Shown piece by piece: positions 51,210 to 60,729 of a stretch of DNA of 64,000 bases (within the stretch, counting starts at the first letter, position 1; each line of letters begins with the position of its first letter). Source of the DNA: an uncultured archaeon (lineage in GTDB: Archaea; Asgardarchaeota; Lokiarchaeia; Sigyniarchaeales; SOKP01). Made by a program: the position numbers and the translations under genes. The DNA lies in assembly GCA_964486045.1 (NCBI GenBank), contig CAZALK010000001.1, positions 32,001 to 96,000 on the forward strand. Reading direction: 5' to 3'. Below the pieces are notes generated by a model. The model was given only the letters and a program-made list of their open reading frames with translations. It did not search any database and had not been told where the DNA came from.

Positions 51210-52475
51210 TCAATCCGCTTTTGGGACTATTATTATGAAATTACTACCTTTTGAATGATCTCCTTTAACTCTATCCTCAACCATCAGCTGTCCTTCATAG
51301 CTTTCAACAATTTTTTTTACAAGCGACAATCCTAATCCCATTCCGGTAGAAATATCTCTTTTTTTATATTCTCTTTGAAAAACTCTCTCTTTGCGATCAT
51401 CTGGAATCCCAATACCATTATCTATAATTTCAATTTTAATATTTTTATCTCCTGTCTTGTGCATTGTGGAAATCTTCACGAGAATTTTTGCTACTAAATT
51501 TGCATTGTATTTTATTGAATTAACGAATAAGTTTTCAAAAATGTCTAATAATAAGTCATTAGCTTGAATAAATTCCCTCTCACTTGCTGACTCGATTTTT
51601 ATATCGACTTTTTTATTTTGAAAACTTTTATCAATGAAATCTATGGCATCGCGTAAATATTTCAATATTTCAATTTTCTTTGTGGAAGTCTTATTTTCAT
51701 CAAGTTGTGATAATTTTTGAATAATAGTAATTAATTTATTACCTCTATTTACCTGTCCTCTGATTAAATCTAATATTTCTTCTGTTTCGTTTAATTTTTC
51801 CGGATTATCTAAATACAATGAGAGAATTTCTGAGGAAGTAGTAATATTTTGAAGAATATTATTAATGTCATGAGCAAAAAGATCTTTATAAAGTTTTGTT
51901 TGTTCATATGCGATTTGATATTTATATTGGGATTCTTTTAATTTCCGAGTTCTTGCTTTCACCTTTTCTTCAAGCTCAAGATTTAATGATTTTAACTCTT
52001 TTTTAGATTTGCTTACCTTATGTGAAGTTTCTCTTTGAATAAGAGTATTTCTTAGACGAATTACGATTTCATTAATCAATTTCGTTTCTTCTTGAAGAAA
52101 GGGTTTATCTTCCTTATAATAAACCTCCAATTGGAAATTTTTCCAATGGACTTTAGCAATAGAACTTATTTTCCAAGGTGTTTCTTCAAAATTTTCTGAA
52201 ACATAGATTTTCTTGTTGTATTTTATTCTTGAGGAGGTTATTTCTGGAAATTGGAAAGCTACGGGAATCAATCTCAAAGTTCCATTTAAAATTTTGTTTA
52301 TTGAGGTATACGGACCTTCAATAAATTTTGATATCTCATATAAACATGTAAGTTCCTTTAATCTCTCCCTAAGTAGGAATTCTGATTCTTTCAGCCTCCT
52401 TTGGGTATCCAATTCCTCAAAATCTTTAATTTTTTCTAAGTTCTCAATCCCAATTTTGCTCTTTGTAAGGGTCAT
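51210..52475 (-). CDS. Cytoplasmic sensor histidine kinase
   Basis: H-box AHDINN, N-box ENLFVNSIKY, DNGIGI, GMGLGL. Confidence 0.95.
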   Translation of the reverse strand: MTLTKSKIGIENLEKIKDFEELDTQRRLKESEFLLRERLKELTCLYEISKFIEGPYTSINKILNGTLRLIPVAFQFPEITSSRIKYNKKIYVSENFEETPWKISSIAKVHWKNFQLEVYYKEDKPFLQEETKLINEIVIRLRNTLIQRETSHKVSKSKKELKSLNLELEEKVKARTRKLKESQYKYQIAYEQTKLYKDLFAHDINNILQNITTSSEILSLYLDNPEKLNETEEILDLIRGQVNRGNKLITIIQKLSQLDENKTSTKKIEILKYLRDAIDFIDKSFQNKKVDIKIESASEREFIQANDLLLDIFENLFVNSIKYNANLVAKILVKISTMHKTGDKNIKIEIIDNGIGIPDDRKERVFQREYKKRDISTGMGLGLSLVKKIVESYEGQLMVEDRVKGDHSKGSNFIIIVPKAD

Positions 52476-52697
52476 TTCGTTTTTGCTTTCTAAATTTTTA
52501 GTTTGTACAATTTATGAAATTGTGATACAAAATCTGGTCTATACTAGATAAAAAAAAAATTGATAATATATAATTTTTGTTATCTAAAAAGATTGAATTG
52601 AATTTATTAACAAATTAAGGGTTTTCTGATCCCAAAAGAGAAAATTTGGTCAAAAAATTGTAAATTATTAGTGAAGAAGAAAAAAAAGGATTTGAAT

Positions 52698-52991
52698 TTA
52701 ATCTATAGCACCAAAATCCAAATTAAAATTAAAGTATTTTTTTACAGGTTTTTTCACATTCCAGACACATTTTAGACCTTTTTCAAACTGGACAAGATCA
52801 CCTTTCTTGAATTCAATTTTCTCTCCAGTTTTAGAATCGGTTACCTCTACTTCTCCATCAAGTAAATAGCACGTCTCCGTATCATCATAGGACCAATCAA
52901 ATTCACTTACTTCTTTACTCCAAGTGCCCCATGATTCTACATTTAAATTTTTTAAATTACCTTCTGTGGGTAGTTTCTTTTTCATTTTCAT
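52698..52991 (-). CDS. Cupin domain protein (DUF861-like)
   Basis: WGTW..EVSEFDWSY..TETCYLLDGEV..FKKGDLV.F.KG..C.W.V. Confidence 0.9.
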   Translation of the reverse strand: MKMKKKLPTEGNLKNLNVESWGTWSKEVSEFDWSYDDTETCYLLDGEVEVTDSKTGEKIEFKKGDLVQFEKGLKCVWNVKKPVKKYFNFNLDFGAID

Positions 52992-53112
52992 CTTTAATCA
53001 CAATTCATCGTTTTATAAATGATTAGTAGAAAGTATTATTTCATATTAATAAAATTTATTTTGAAATTGTTTGTTTAAGAACAAATTCATAGTAAGTAAG
53101 TGGCTTAAAAAT

Positions 53113-53712
53113 TTAATACGTTTGTCGCTCTAATATTTTTCGTGTTAATTGTTCAAAAGCTTGACCAATATTTTCACCCGTTTTAGAGGAGATTTTAAGA
53201 TAGTCAATTAAATTATATTCACTAAGAAAAGATTGGGCATAATCATCGTCTACTTGAATTTCATCAACCAAGTCTAATTTTGTGCCCAGAAAAAGAACAG
53301 GAAGACTTGGGTCTCCCTTACGCACTATGTTTAACCATTGTTCCAAATTCTCCAAGCTGGATATTCTTGTAAGGTCAAACATGAGCATAGCTCCTTTTGC
53401 TCCTAATACATAACTTTCAAGCAGGAATCTAAACCGTTCTTGGCCACCGAAGTCCCAGAGCTGCAAGGTACAGTGTTTATCGTCAATCTCCGTCTCTTTT
53501 AAAAAAAACTCAACCCCAATGGTCATCTTAGTTTCTGCTGAGAATTTCCCCTCCACATATCGAGTAAGGAGCGTTGTCTTCCCCACACCTCCTTCTCCCG
53601 CAGTCAATATTTTGAGTATGAACTTTTTTGGCACGTTACTTACCCGGTTTCGTTTTCTGGTTGAGAATCCTAAAGATCGATCCAAATTGAAAGTACTGTT
53701 TGATTTGCCCAA
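53113..53712 (-). CDS. Rab-like small GTPase
   Basis: GEGGVGKTT, TIGVEF, WDFGGQERFR, TKLD, KISSK. Confidence 0.95.
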   Translation of the reverse strand: MGKSNSTFNLDRSLGFSTRKRNRVSNVPKKFILKILTAGEGGVGKTTLLTRYVEGKFSAETKMTIGVEFFLKETEIDDKHCTLQLWDFGGQERFRFLLESYVLGAKGAMLMFDLTRISSLENLEQWLNIVRKGDPSLPVLFLGTKLDLVDEIQVDDDYAQSFLSEYNLIDYLKISSKTGENIGQAFEQLTRKILERQTY

Positions 53713-53994
53713 TTTAGAAGGATTTGATTAATTTTAATGTTTGATTAATTCTATTTATTACATTTGTTATACAAACTAATATATTAAAATAATCAGAGTT
53801 TTGTTAAATAAATTTATTTAATTCCCAACAAATTCTAAACCACCTTTTTTTGAGTATTGATTTAAAATCGATTTAACATTTCATTGAAGATAATCAATAA
53901 AGATTCAATTCATAAGAAATCGTTCCTAAAATAGCTTTTTCCATGCTTTTTCGACAGATTTATAGGTTTTTATTCACTGATAATTTAGTATAAA

Positions 53995-54432
53995 ATGCAT
54001 CAGAAAATAATTGTCGTTGATTCAAATTTCATTCTCCTACCTTTTCAATTTAAGGTAGATTATTTCAATGAAATAAGGCAATTAATTGAGGGTAAGCTTA
54101 TGTTTATTATATACCGCCAGGTGTTAAACGAACTTGAAGCTAAGAAGAGGAGAGAATCTAAATCACCAAAATTTGTCAGGTTACTTAATTTTGGTTTATC
54201 ATATTTAGAAAGAAATAGCACAAATTTTAGTATTGAGTATGTTGAAGAAGTAAAAGAGGAGACTGAAATTACAGATGATTTTCTCTTGAGAAAGTCACTA
54301 GAATTAAAACAAAAAGGTAATTCTATCTTTCTAGCAACAAATGATTCAGAACTACGCAGAAGGGCAAAAGAATTAGGGTTAAGCACAATATATCTTCGAC
54401 AAACAAAATATTTATCTATAGAGAGAGCTTAA
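53995..54432 (+). CDS. PIN domain protein (Fcf1/Utp24-like)
   Basis: VVDSNF..P.QFKVD, V.NEL, TDD, ATNDSELRRR. Confidence 0.9.
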   Translation: MHQKIIVVDSNFILLPFQFKVDYFNEIRQLIEGKLMFIIYRQVLNELEAKKRRESKSPKFVRLLNFGLSYLERNSTNFSIEYVEEVKEETEITDDFLLRKSLELKQKGNSIFLATNDSELRRRAKELGLSTIYLRQTKYLSIERA

Positions 54433-54570
54433 AAATATGTATTTTGAAAAAAATACACAAATAAATTTTAATCTAAATTCTCTTTATATTATTAAAGTAA
54501 TTAGTTATATTTTATTCACAGAATTGCTCATATAATTTACATTGAATTTATTAGAAAGTGATATTCTACA

Positions 54571-55086
54571 ATGACAAGTCCCATACTTTTAAAAGTGATC
54601 ACAGCGGGAGAAGGAGGGGTAGGCAAAACAACGCTCCTTTATCGATACGTGGAAGGAAGGTTTCTGGTTAACACTAAAATAACACTAGGAGTCGAATTTT
54701 TCATGAAAGAGCTAAATATCGAAGGAAGACAAATTAATTTACAAATTTGGGACTTCGGTGGACAAGAACATTTTAGACCCCTATTAAAAAACTATTCTAT
54801 GGGGGCAAGAGGGGCTCTATTACTCTTTGATCTCACTCGTCCATCCAGTTTAGAGAAAATTGATGAATGGGTGAACATTTGTAGAGGAGAAAATCCAGAA
54901 ATTCCTATAATTTTCTTAGGAACTAAATTAGATTTAACAGAATCAATTTCTGTCGATGATGAATTCGCCTTAAAGTTTCCTAAGAAGTATGATTTCTTTG
55001 AATTTTTGAAGATTTCCTCTAAAACGGGAAAGAATGTGAATTTAGCATTCGAGTTATTAGCAAGTAAAATATTAAAGAAGCTTTAG
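54571..55086 (+). CDS. Rab-like small GTPase (paralogue of 53113-53712)
   Basis: GEGGVGKTT, TLGVEF, WDFGGQE, TKLD, KISSK. Confidence 0.95.
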   Translation: MTSPILLKVITAGEGGVGKTTLLYRYVEGRFLVNTKITLGVEFFMKELNIEGRQINLQIWDFGGQEHFRPLLKNYSMGARGALLLFDLTRPSSLEKIDEWVNICRGENPEIPIIFLGTKLDLTESISVDDEFALKFPKKYDFFEFLKISSKTGKNVNLAFELLASKILKKL

Positions 55087-55103
55087 GAATTTTGCTTATT
55101 AAT

Positions 55104-56291
55104 TTACAGTCGATTTATTATAATCTTTTTGATATCTTCTCTGTTTAAACTAACGGGGTTATTTTTTATTCCAGTTTTATTAATAATTATATCAACGTCA
55201 TTTATTTTAATGCCGTATTTACCTAGTCGGTCTAATCCTAATTGATTAGTCAAATTTTCAAGAAAGGTTATTAAATTCAAACAGTATTTCTCAACTTCTT
55301 CGTTTTTAACAAAATATTTTCCCATCATTAGTGCAGCTACTAGGGCATACTTTCTTAGCGCCTTCTTCCCACTCACCCCGCTTTCATGTAATTTTTTTAC
55401 ATTCATTTTAGTCGCTTCAGATAATAAAGTTCCACAAACGACACCGTGAGGTATATCAAAAAATCCCCCAATTGAAGAAGCTAATCCATGGACTATGCCT
55501 AGCCCCGCGTTAGCAAGGGATATTCCAGAGATAAGTGATCCATATGCCATTTCAGTCCTCACCGAAATATCAGATGCTCCCGTTGAGCAAACCTTTAATA
55601 AATTTTTGCCTACAAACTTCATACCGCTGATGGTTAAAGCATCGGTTATCGGATTTGCTATGGGTGATACGTATGCTTCGATTAATTGAGTAAAAGCATC
55701 CATTCCACACGCAGCAGAAATTGAGGGTGGGCAAGAGAGCATTAGTTTAGGATCGATTATTGTGACATTAGGAATTAGATTGTCATGTCGTAAGGATTTT
55801 TTGAAACCAGTTGATCCAATTTCACTAATCACAGCATTTTTTGTAGCTTCGCTTCCAGTACCAGAGGTTGTTGGAATTGCAATAAATGGAATTTTCTTTC
55901 CATCATGGGTTTTATTTCCTACTCCTTCTAAATAGTTCTTTATAGAACCAACTTTCGACATCATAGCAGATATTGCTTTACCTGCATCGGTAACACTTCC
56001 ACCACCTATACTAATAACTAAGTCAATATTCTTGTTTCGGGCCATCTCCACGGATTTATCGATAAGATGTGGAGATGGTTCTTCTGAAATAGATATTATG
56101 GAATAAAGCATAGATCTCCGGTCTAATTCAGAAACTATCTCAACCCATTTTCCTGAGTTTTTGAGTGAGTTTTCACCAATAACAAAAAGTATTTTTTTCC
56201 CAAATTTAGGAATAACTTCAAAAAGTTCACTTAGTTTTCCAGGACCAAAAATTATAGTCGGAATCTGAGCGAATTGGAAAGGCTGAATCAT
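55104..56291 (-). CDS. Iron-containing alcohol dehydrogenase
   Basis: GGGSVTD.GK, PTTSGTGSE, GMDA, GIVHG, PHG. Confidence 0.95.
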   Translation of the reverse strand: MIQPFQFAQIPTIIFGPGKLSELFEVIPKFGKKILFVIGENSLKNSGKWVEIVSELDRRSMLYSIISISEEPSPHLIDKSVEMARNKNIDLVISIGGGSVTDAGKAISAMMSKVGSIKNYLEGVGNKTHDGKKIPFIAIPTTSGTGSEATKNAVISEIGSTGFKKSLRHDNLIPNVTIIDPKLMLSCPPSISAACGMDAFTQLIEAYVSPIANPITDALTISGMKFVGKNLLKVCSTGASDISVRTEMAYGSLISGISLANAGLGIVHGLASSIGGFFDIPHGVVCGTLLSEATKMNVKKLHESGVSGKKALRKYALVAALMMGKYFVKNEEVEKYCLNLITFLENLTNQLGLDRLGKYGIKINDVDIIINKTGIKNNPVSLNREDIKKIIINRL

Positions 56292-56477
56292 AGTACATAC
56301 CTCTTATCAATTTATGTATTCATCAAAACAATAATATTACAGTTAAATTATCATTCTTAAAAATGGTTGATATTTGACAGAGAAATCAAACTATGAATCC
56401 CTTTATAATAGATAAGATTTATAATTTACTCTAGATAATTTGTCTCATAGCAAAAATTACAACCTTGTTGATTTCAT

Positions 56478-56813
56478 ATTAAAAAAGTGCATGAAACCGA
56501 TTTTGAATATAGAGGTGGAACTTCTGGTGTTAAATATTTGATGCGTGGTCCCTCTATTGATTGGGGTGTTATCTTGCTTAATTCTGGTGACTTGATGGGG
56601 GATAAACCACATGGTCATAAGTTCATAGACGAAACTTTTTATTTTGTTGAAGGGGATGGGATAATGATTATTGATGATAAAGAATATGAAGCTCCCCAAG
56701 GAACAGTATTCTTATGTGAGCCAAAAGAAATGCATAATATAAAAAATAATTCGGATAATCCTATAAAAATAATTTTTATTAAGGGAGAATATAAACCGGA
56801 AGATAAAATTTAA
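56478..56813 (+). CDS. Cupin domain protein (start ATT 56478 or GTG 56487)
   Basis: PHGH...ETFYFVEG...PKEMH. Confidence 0.9.
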   Translation: MKKVHETDFEYRGGTSGVKYLMRGPSIDWGVILLNSGDLMGDKPHGHKFIDETFYFVEGDGIMIIDDKEYEAPQGTVFLCEPKEMHNIKNNSDNPIKIIFIKGEYKPEDKI

Positions 56814-56855
56814 AAATAAATTTCTTCATTAAAAATAATATATTGAGGAAGAATC

Positions 56856-57251
56856 ATGGCAAAAAAAAAAGGAAAACAAAGTAAAAGGGGAAAAGGAGGA
56901 AGAGGAGGAAAGGGGTATGTACCTCCCGTTATTACAAGAGTTAAATCCCCGAATAGAAGAATAGGTGAAATATTCGCAATCGTAGTTGAAATCCTCGGTG
57001 GTGAGAGAATGCGAGTATTTTGTGAGGACGGAGAGTTTAGAATAGGAAGAATTCGTGGAAAAATAAAAAAACGGGTATGGGTTAGGCGTGGAGACTTAGT
57101 TGTTGTAAACCCTTGGGAATGGGAGACAAAAACCAAAGATAAATTAGGGAAGTGCGAAATATCATGGAGATATACAAGAGCTGAGATCTCTTGGCTTAAT
57201 CGAAATAATAAAGTTCCTGATATTTTAGATATTAATAACATTCAATTTTAA
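56856..57251 (+). CDS. eif1a: Translation initiation factor 1A
   Basis: LGG.RM.V.C.DG..R.GRIRGKIKKRVWV..GD.V.V.PW..WRY; basic N-terminal tail. Confidence 0.96.
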   Translation: MAKKKGKQSKRGKGGRGGKGYVPPVITRVKSPNRRIGEIFAIVVEILGGERMRVFCEDGEFRIGRIRGKIKKRVWVRRGDLVVVNPWEWETKTKDKLGKCEISWRYTRAEISWLNRNNKVPDILDINNIQF

Positions 57252-57424
57252 TCCCCATTTAAGTGTAAATTTCCAAAAAAGCATGCTTCCTATAAATTCA
57301 TAACCACTACTGGTTTCTCATTAAAAAACATAATTTTATAATTTAGTTTTTCCTTTCTAGCTTATACTCATTTTTCTATATAATTTTTTAAAACCCTTAA
57401 TTCAAATGAGATTCGTGAGAAAAA

Positions 57425-58150
57425 GTGGCTGGTCAAGAAGAAGAAATTAAAATTGATGAAAGCATGATCAAGGAAGACTCTGAAGACTTAACTACACTTT
57501 TTGCTGTAAGGACTACAATTAATCAGGAAAGTAATATTCTCAGACAAATTTTCTATCGATTTAAAATACTAGATACAATTCCGGATATTAGAGCCATGTT
57601 AGTTTCCCCTTTGCTACCAGGATATCTATTCTTCGAGGCACCAACGAAGAGAGAAGTGCAGATAGCGGTTCAAGGAATTCCTCATATTAAAGGAAGAATT
57701 GTACAGAATATAGAATTAAGCGAACTTAAACATGTCTTATTACCAAGGAGTGTAACAGAGTACTTAGAGGAAGGAGATACGGTAGAAATTATCAGTGGTG
57801 TGTTTGAGGGATCACGAGCTTTAGCAATACGTCTACCTCATGACTCTTCCCAAAGTGAAGAAGTAGTTGTAAGGCTTCTACAAGAAGAGACTCCAATAAC
57901 AATCAAGATTCATGGAGATTATCTAAAATTAGTTGAAAAGAAAAAACCAGTAAAAAGACCTGTCCCTGAAATAAAAGTAACAGCGGGAGTTATAACTGAT
58001 TTAGCTAAGTCAATTACTTTTGAAGATGAGTTTGAGGAATTTGAGGAAGATGTAACAGAAAGCTACAAAAGCAGTAAAGTTGAAGTTTATTCTGATGACG
58101 AGGAAGAAACCGATGATGAAGATGAATGGGCTAAATTTGATGGATTTTAA
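57425..58150 (+). CDS. spt5: Transcription elongation factor Spt5 with acidic terminal extensions
   Basis: FAVRTTINQE NGN domain, PGYLFFE, KOW GDTVEIISGVFEG. Confidence 0.92.
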   Translation: MAGQEEEIKIDESMIKEDSEDLTTLFAVRTTINQESNILRQIFYRFKILDTIPDIRAMLVSPLLPGYLFFEAPTKREVQIAVQGIPHIKGRIVQNIELSELKHVLLPRSVTEYLEEGDTVEIISGVFEGSRALAIRLPHDSSQSEEVVVRLLQEETPITIKIHGDYLKLVEKKKPVKRPVPEIKVTAGVITDLAKSITFEDEFEEFEEDVTESYKSSKVEVYSDDEEETDDEDEWAKFDGF

Positions 58151-58382
58151 GGACAGTGTGATTAAATCTACTACCATTCAAGAAAAAATAATGAGCTAAA
58201 AACAAATTTCAATCCGAAAAATTATCCTTTCTTTATGTCACGAGAATGAATAAATGAAATATTAACCGTAGGTTACATTCACTTTTAGAAATAGAATAAT
58301 AAAAGGATTTTTATATCTAAACTTTTTTTAAAGAAATAACAAGGTTATTTAATTTCTTTTTGAATAAAAAACTCTGAATTCG

Positions 58383-59135
58383 ATGATTAAGAATATCTTC
58401 ATAATGAAAGGTAACACCGGTGAATTAATCTTTTATAAAACTTATGAAGATATCTTTAATGTTAAATTAACAAGCAGCTTTCTGAGTGCTATTTTTTCAT
58501 TTGTAAAGCAAACCTTAAAAACTGAAGAATTATCTGAAATTGAAGTAGGGCTCTTTCGATTTATCTTTGAAATTGAGAAAATTAAGAAGGATGAATTACT
58601 CTTTGCTCTATTTAGTGATCGCACAGATAATTTAGTTGAGCTAAGAAACCAATTAAGAGAAATAAAAAATCAATTCTTAAATAAATTTGATATCAATCTA
58701 TTAACTGATAATTTCGATGGTGAGATTTCACAATTTCTCGATTTTGAAGACAATATTGATAATATAATGGAAACTGGGAATCAATTAGTCTCAGAAGACG
58801 TGAAAAAGGACTTATTGAGCATCTTCAATGAATTACACACTTTTTCTTCTTTCGTCGTAGCGTCTGGTTTATTAACTCAAACAGGAAGGGTTATAGTCTC
58901 TAATTTAGAACCGAATATCATTTCAGAAATTATAAAACTACTAGAGGGTAGGTTCCTTTCTGGAAATTATAGAGTTAATGAGCTTGTTTCACTCGAGAAA
59001 TTTGGCATTTTAGCCTTAATTGGCATTGATGAAAATTTCATTTCGGTTATTCAATTTAAAAAAAACTGCCCCTTCGAAACGAGTCTTGTTATATCAAAGA
59101 GATTTTCAAACCGGCTCCAAAAGATAATTTGTTGA
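58383..59135 (+). CDS. Longin-like plus roadblock-like fusion protein
   Basis: N-terminal IKNIFIM..TGELIF...LTSSFLSAIFSF...LSEIEVG (longin pattern); C-terminal ASGLLTQTGRVIVSNL (roadblock/MglB pattern). Confidence 0.6.
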   Translation: MIKNIFIMKGNTGELIFYKTYEDIFNVKLTSSFLSAIFSFVKQTLKTEELSEIEVGLFRFIFEIEKIKKDELLFALFSDRTDNLVELRNQLREIKNQFLNKFDINLLTDNFDGEISQFLDFEDNIDNIMETGNQLVSEDVKKDLLSIFNELHTFSSFVVASGLLTQTGRVIVSNLEPNIISEIIKLLEGRFLSGNYRVNELVSLEKFGILALIGIDENFISVIQFKKNCPFETSLVISKRFSNRLQKIIC

Positions 59136-59300
59136 GTTTTTAGTTCGAAAAGCGTATATTATTATCATTCCATAACACCGTTTTTTTAAAAAACGAAATA
59201 AAAATGTACAAATTTGAACAAAGATTTAGATTTCCAAAAATTAAAATTACTTTTTTCATAAAAGTAATTAACTATCTTAATAATCTAGAGGGTAAAAATT

Positions 59301-60584
59301 ATGTCTAAATATATGGATAAAGTCATAAATGATGAGATTTTAGAGAAGCTTAGCCTAAAAAATCGTTACAGTTTTGTAAATAACAATTTGATGGCAATTC
59401 TGACTCCTGAGCAGTTTAATCATTTCAAAAAAGTTCAAAAGTTTTGTCAAAGATTTGAAAAAAAAAATGGGATCACACACGGGCCTGAGGAAGACATATA
59501 TGATTGGATCCCCGCATTTGGAGCTGAAGGGTATATTACAAGAGCACTTAATTTTGAAATGATCGATTTAAATTATAATTATTACGGAATGGTTGCAGAT
59601 TTCCTTCGGTATTTAGCTGTTGATTTTTTTGATCCACAATTTGCAATGGGAAGCGGTGCAACGGTTTTAGCAATAAATCCTATATATGAACATCATGAAA
59701 ATATTCCTGTAAGATTAGAGGCGTTGGAAGACCTTGCTACGGGAAAGTCACCGGGATGTATTTGTATAACGGAACCGGAGAGAGGTTCAGATGCAGTGCA
59801 CCAATTAACTACATGTGATGAACAAGAGAATGGTTCATTTATCTTAAATGGTGAAAAAGTTTATACCACAAACGCACCCAAATCAAAATGGGCAGTTGTT
59901 TACGCTACGGCTGAAAAAAATAACGGCAATCTCATGGCACAATTTTTAATTAACACATCTTGGGATGGCTGGAAGTGTGAAAGAGTTGGAATAAATTTCG
60001 TTCCGAAACTGTATTTAGGTCATGAGTATTTTGAAAACTTGAGAGTACCAAAAGAATACATACTCGGTGCAGTTGGGAAGGGGAGAGATCATCTGTTTGA
60101 AGGATTAGTACCGGAAAGATTAGGAATTGCGATTGGTGCTATTTCCCAATGTTGGGGTGCTGTTTCTCATGCTGCAATATATGCTAATATGCGAAAACAA
60201 TTTGATCAAGAAATATTAAAGTTCCAAGGAGTTGGATTTTTATTAACAGATCTCTGGGCACGCACAACTAATTTAACATTAGGTTTGTTAAAATTTGCGG
60301 AAGCATACGATGATAAAATGGTGAAATTTGCAGGGAAAATACCTGGAAATATCTCACGAGCTATGGTGGCAAGCGCTTCACAGTTTAAATACCATACCAC
60401 TAAACTTTCAAAGGAAGTATGCTATGAAGCGGCTAATCTTATGGGAGGTGCAGGATTATCAGATAACACAATGATGGAAGATTACGTGAATATTTCAACA
60501 ATACAGGAAATAGTTGGTGGAAGTCGGCAGATCCAGCAATATATTATGAGCATGGCTCTGCGACAGCTGTTTAAAATGCTGTGA
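59301..60584 (+). CDS. Acyl-CoA dehydrogenase
   Basis: ITEPERGSD, LNGEKVYTTNA, RKQF...FQGV, GGAG, GGSRQIQ. Confidence 0.95.
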   Translation: MSKYMDKVINDEILEKLSLKNRYSFVNNNLMAILTPEQFNHFKKVQKFCQRFEKKNGITHGPEEDIYDWIPAFGAEGYITRALNFEMIDLNYNYYGMVADFLRYLAVDFFDPQFAMGSGATVLAINPIYEHHENIPVRLEALEDLATGKSPGCICITEPERGSDAVHQLTTCDEQENGSFILNGEKVYTTNAPKSKWAVVYATAEKNNGNLMAQFLINTSWDGWKCERVGINFVPKLYLGHEYFENLRVPKEYILGAVGKGRDHLFEGLVPERLGIAIGAISQCWGAVSHAAIYANMRKQFDQEILKFQGVGFLLTDLWARTTNLTLGLLKFAEAYDDKMVKFAGKIPGNISRAMVASASQFKYHTTKLSKEVCYEAANLMGGAGLSDNTMMEDYVNISTIQEIVGGSRQIQQYIMSMALRQLFKML

Positions 60585-60729
60585 AGTCAATACTCCCTTT
60601 TTTTTTTGTTTCAGTTTCATCATATTTAATTAAAATTTAAACTATACTTCCTTTTAATTCATAAAATATTACTAAAAAATAATTTAATTCTAAGAATTAT
60701 ATTAATTTTTACTTAAAAGAGATTTAGAT

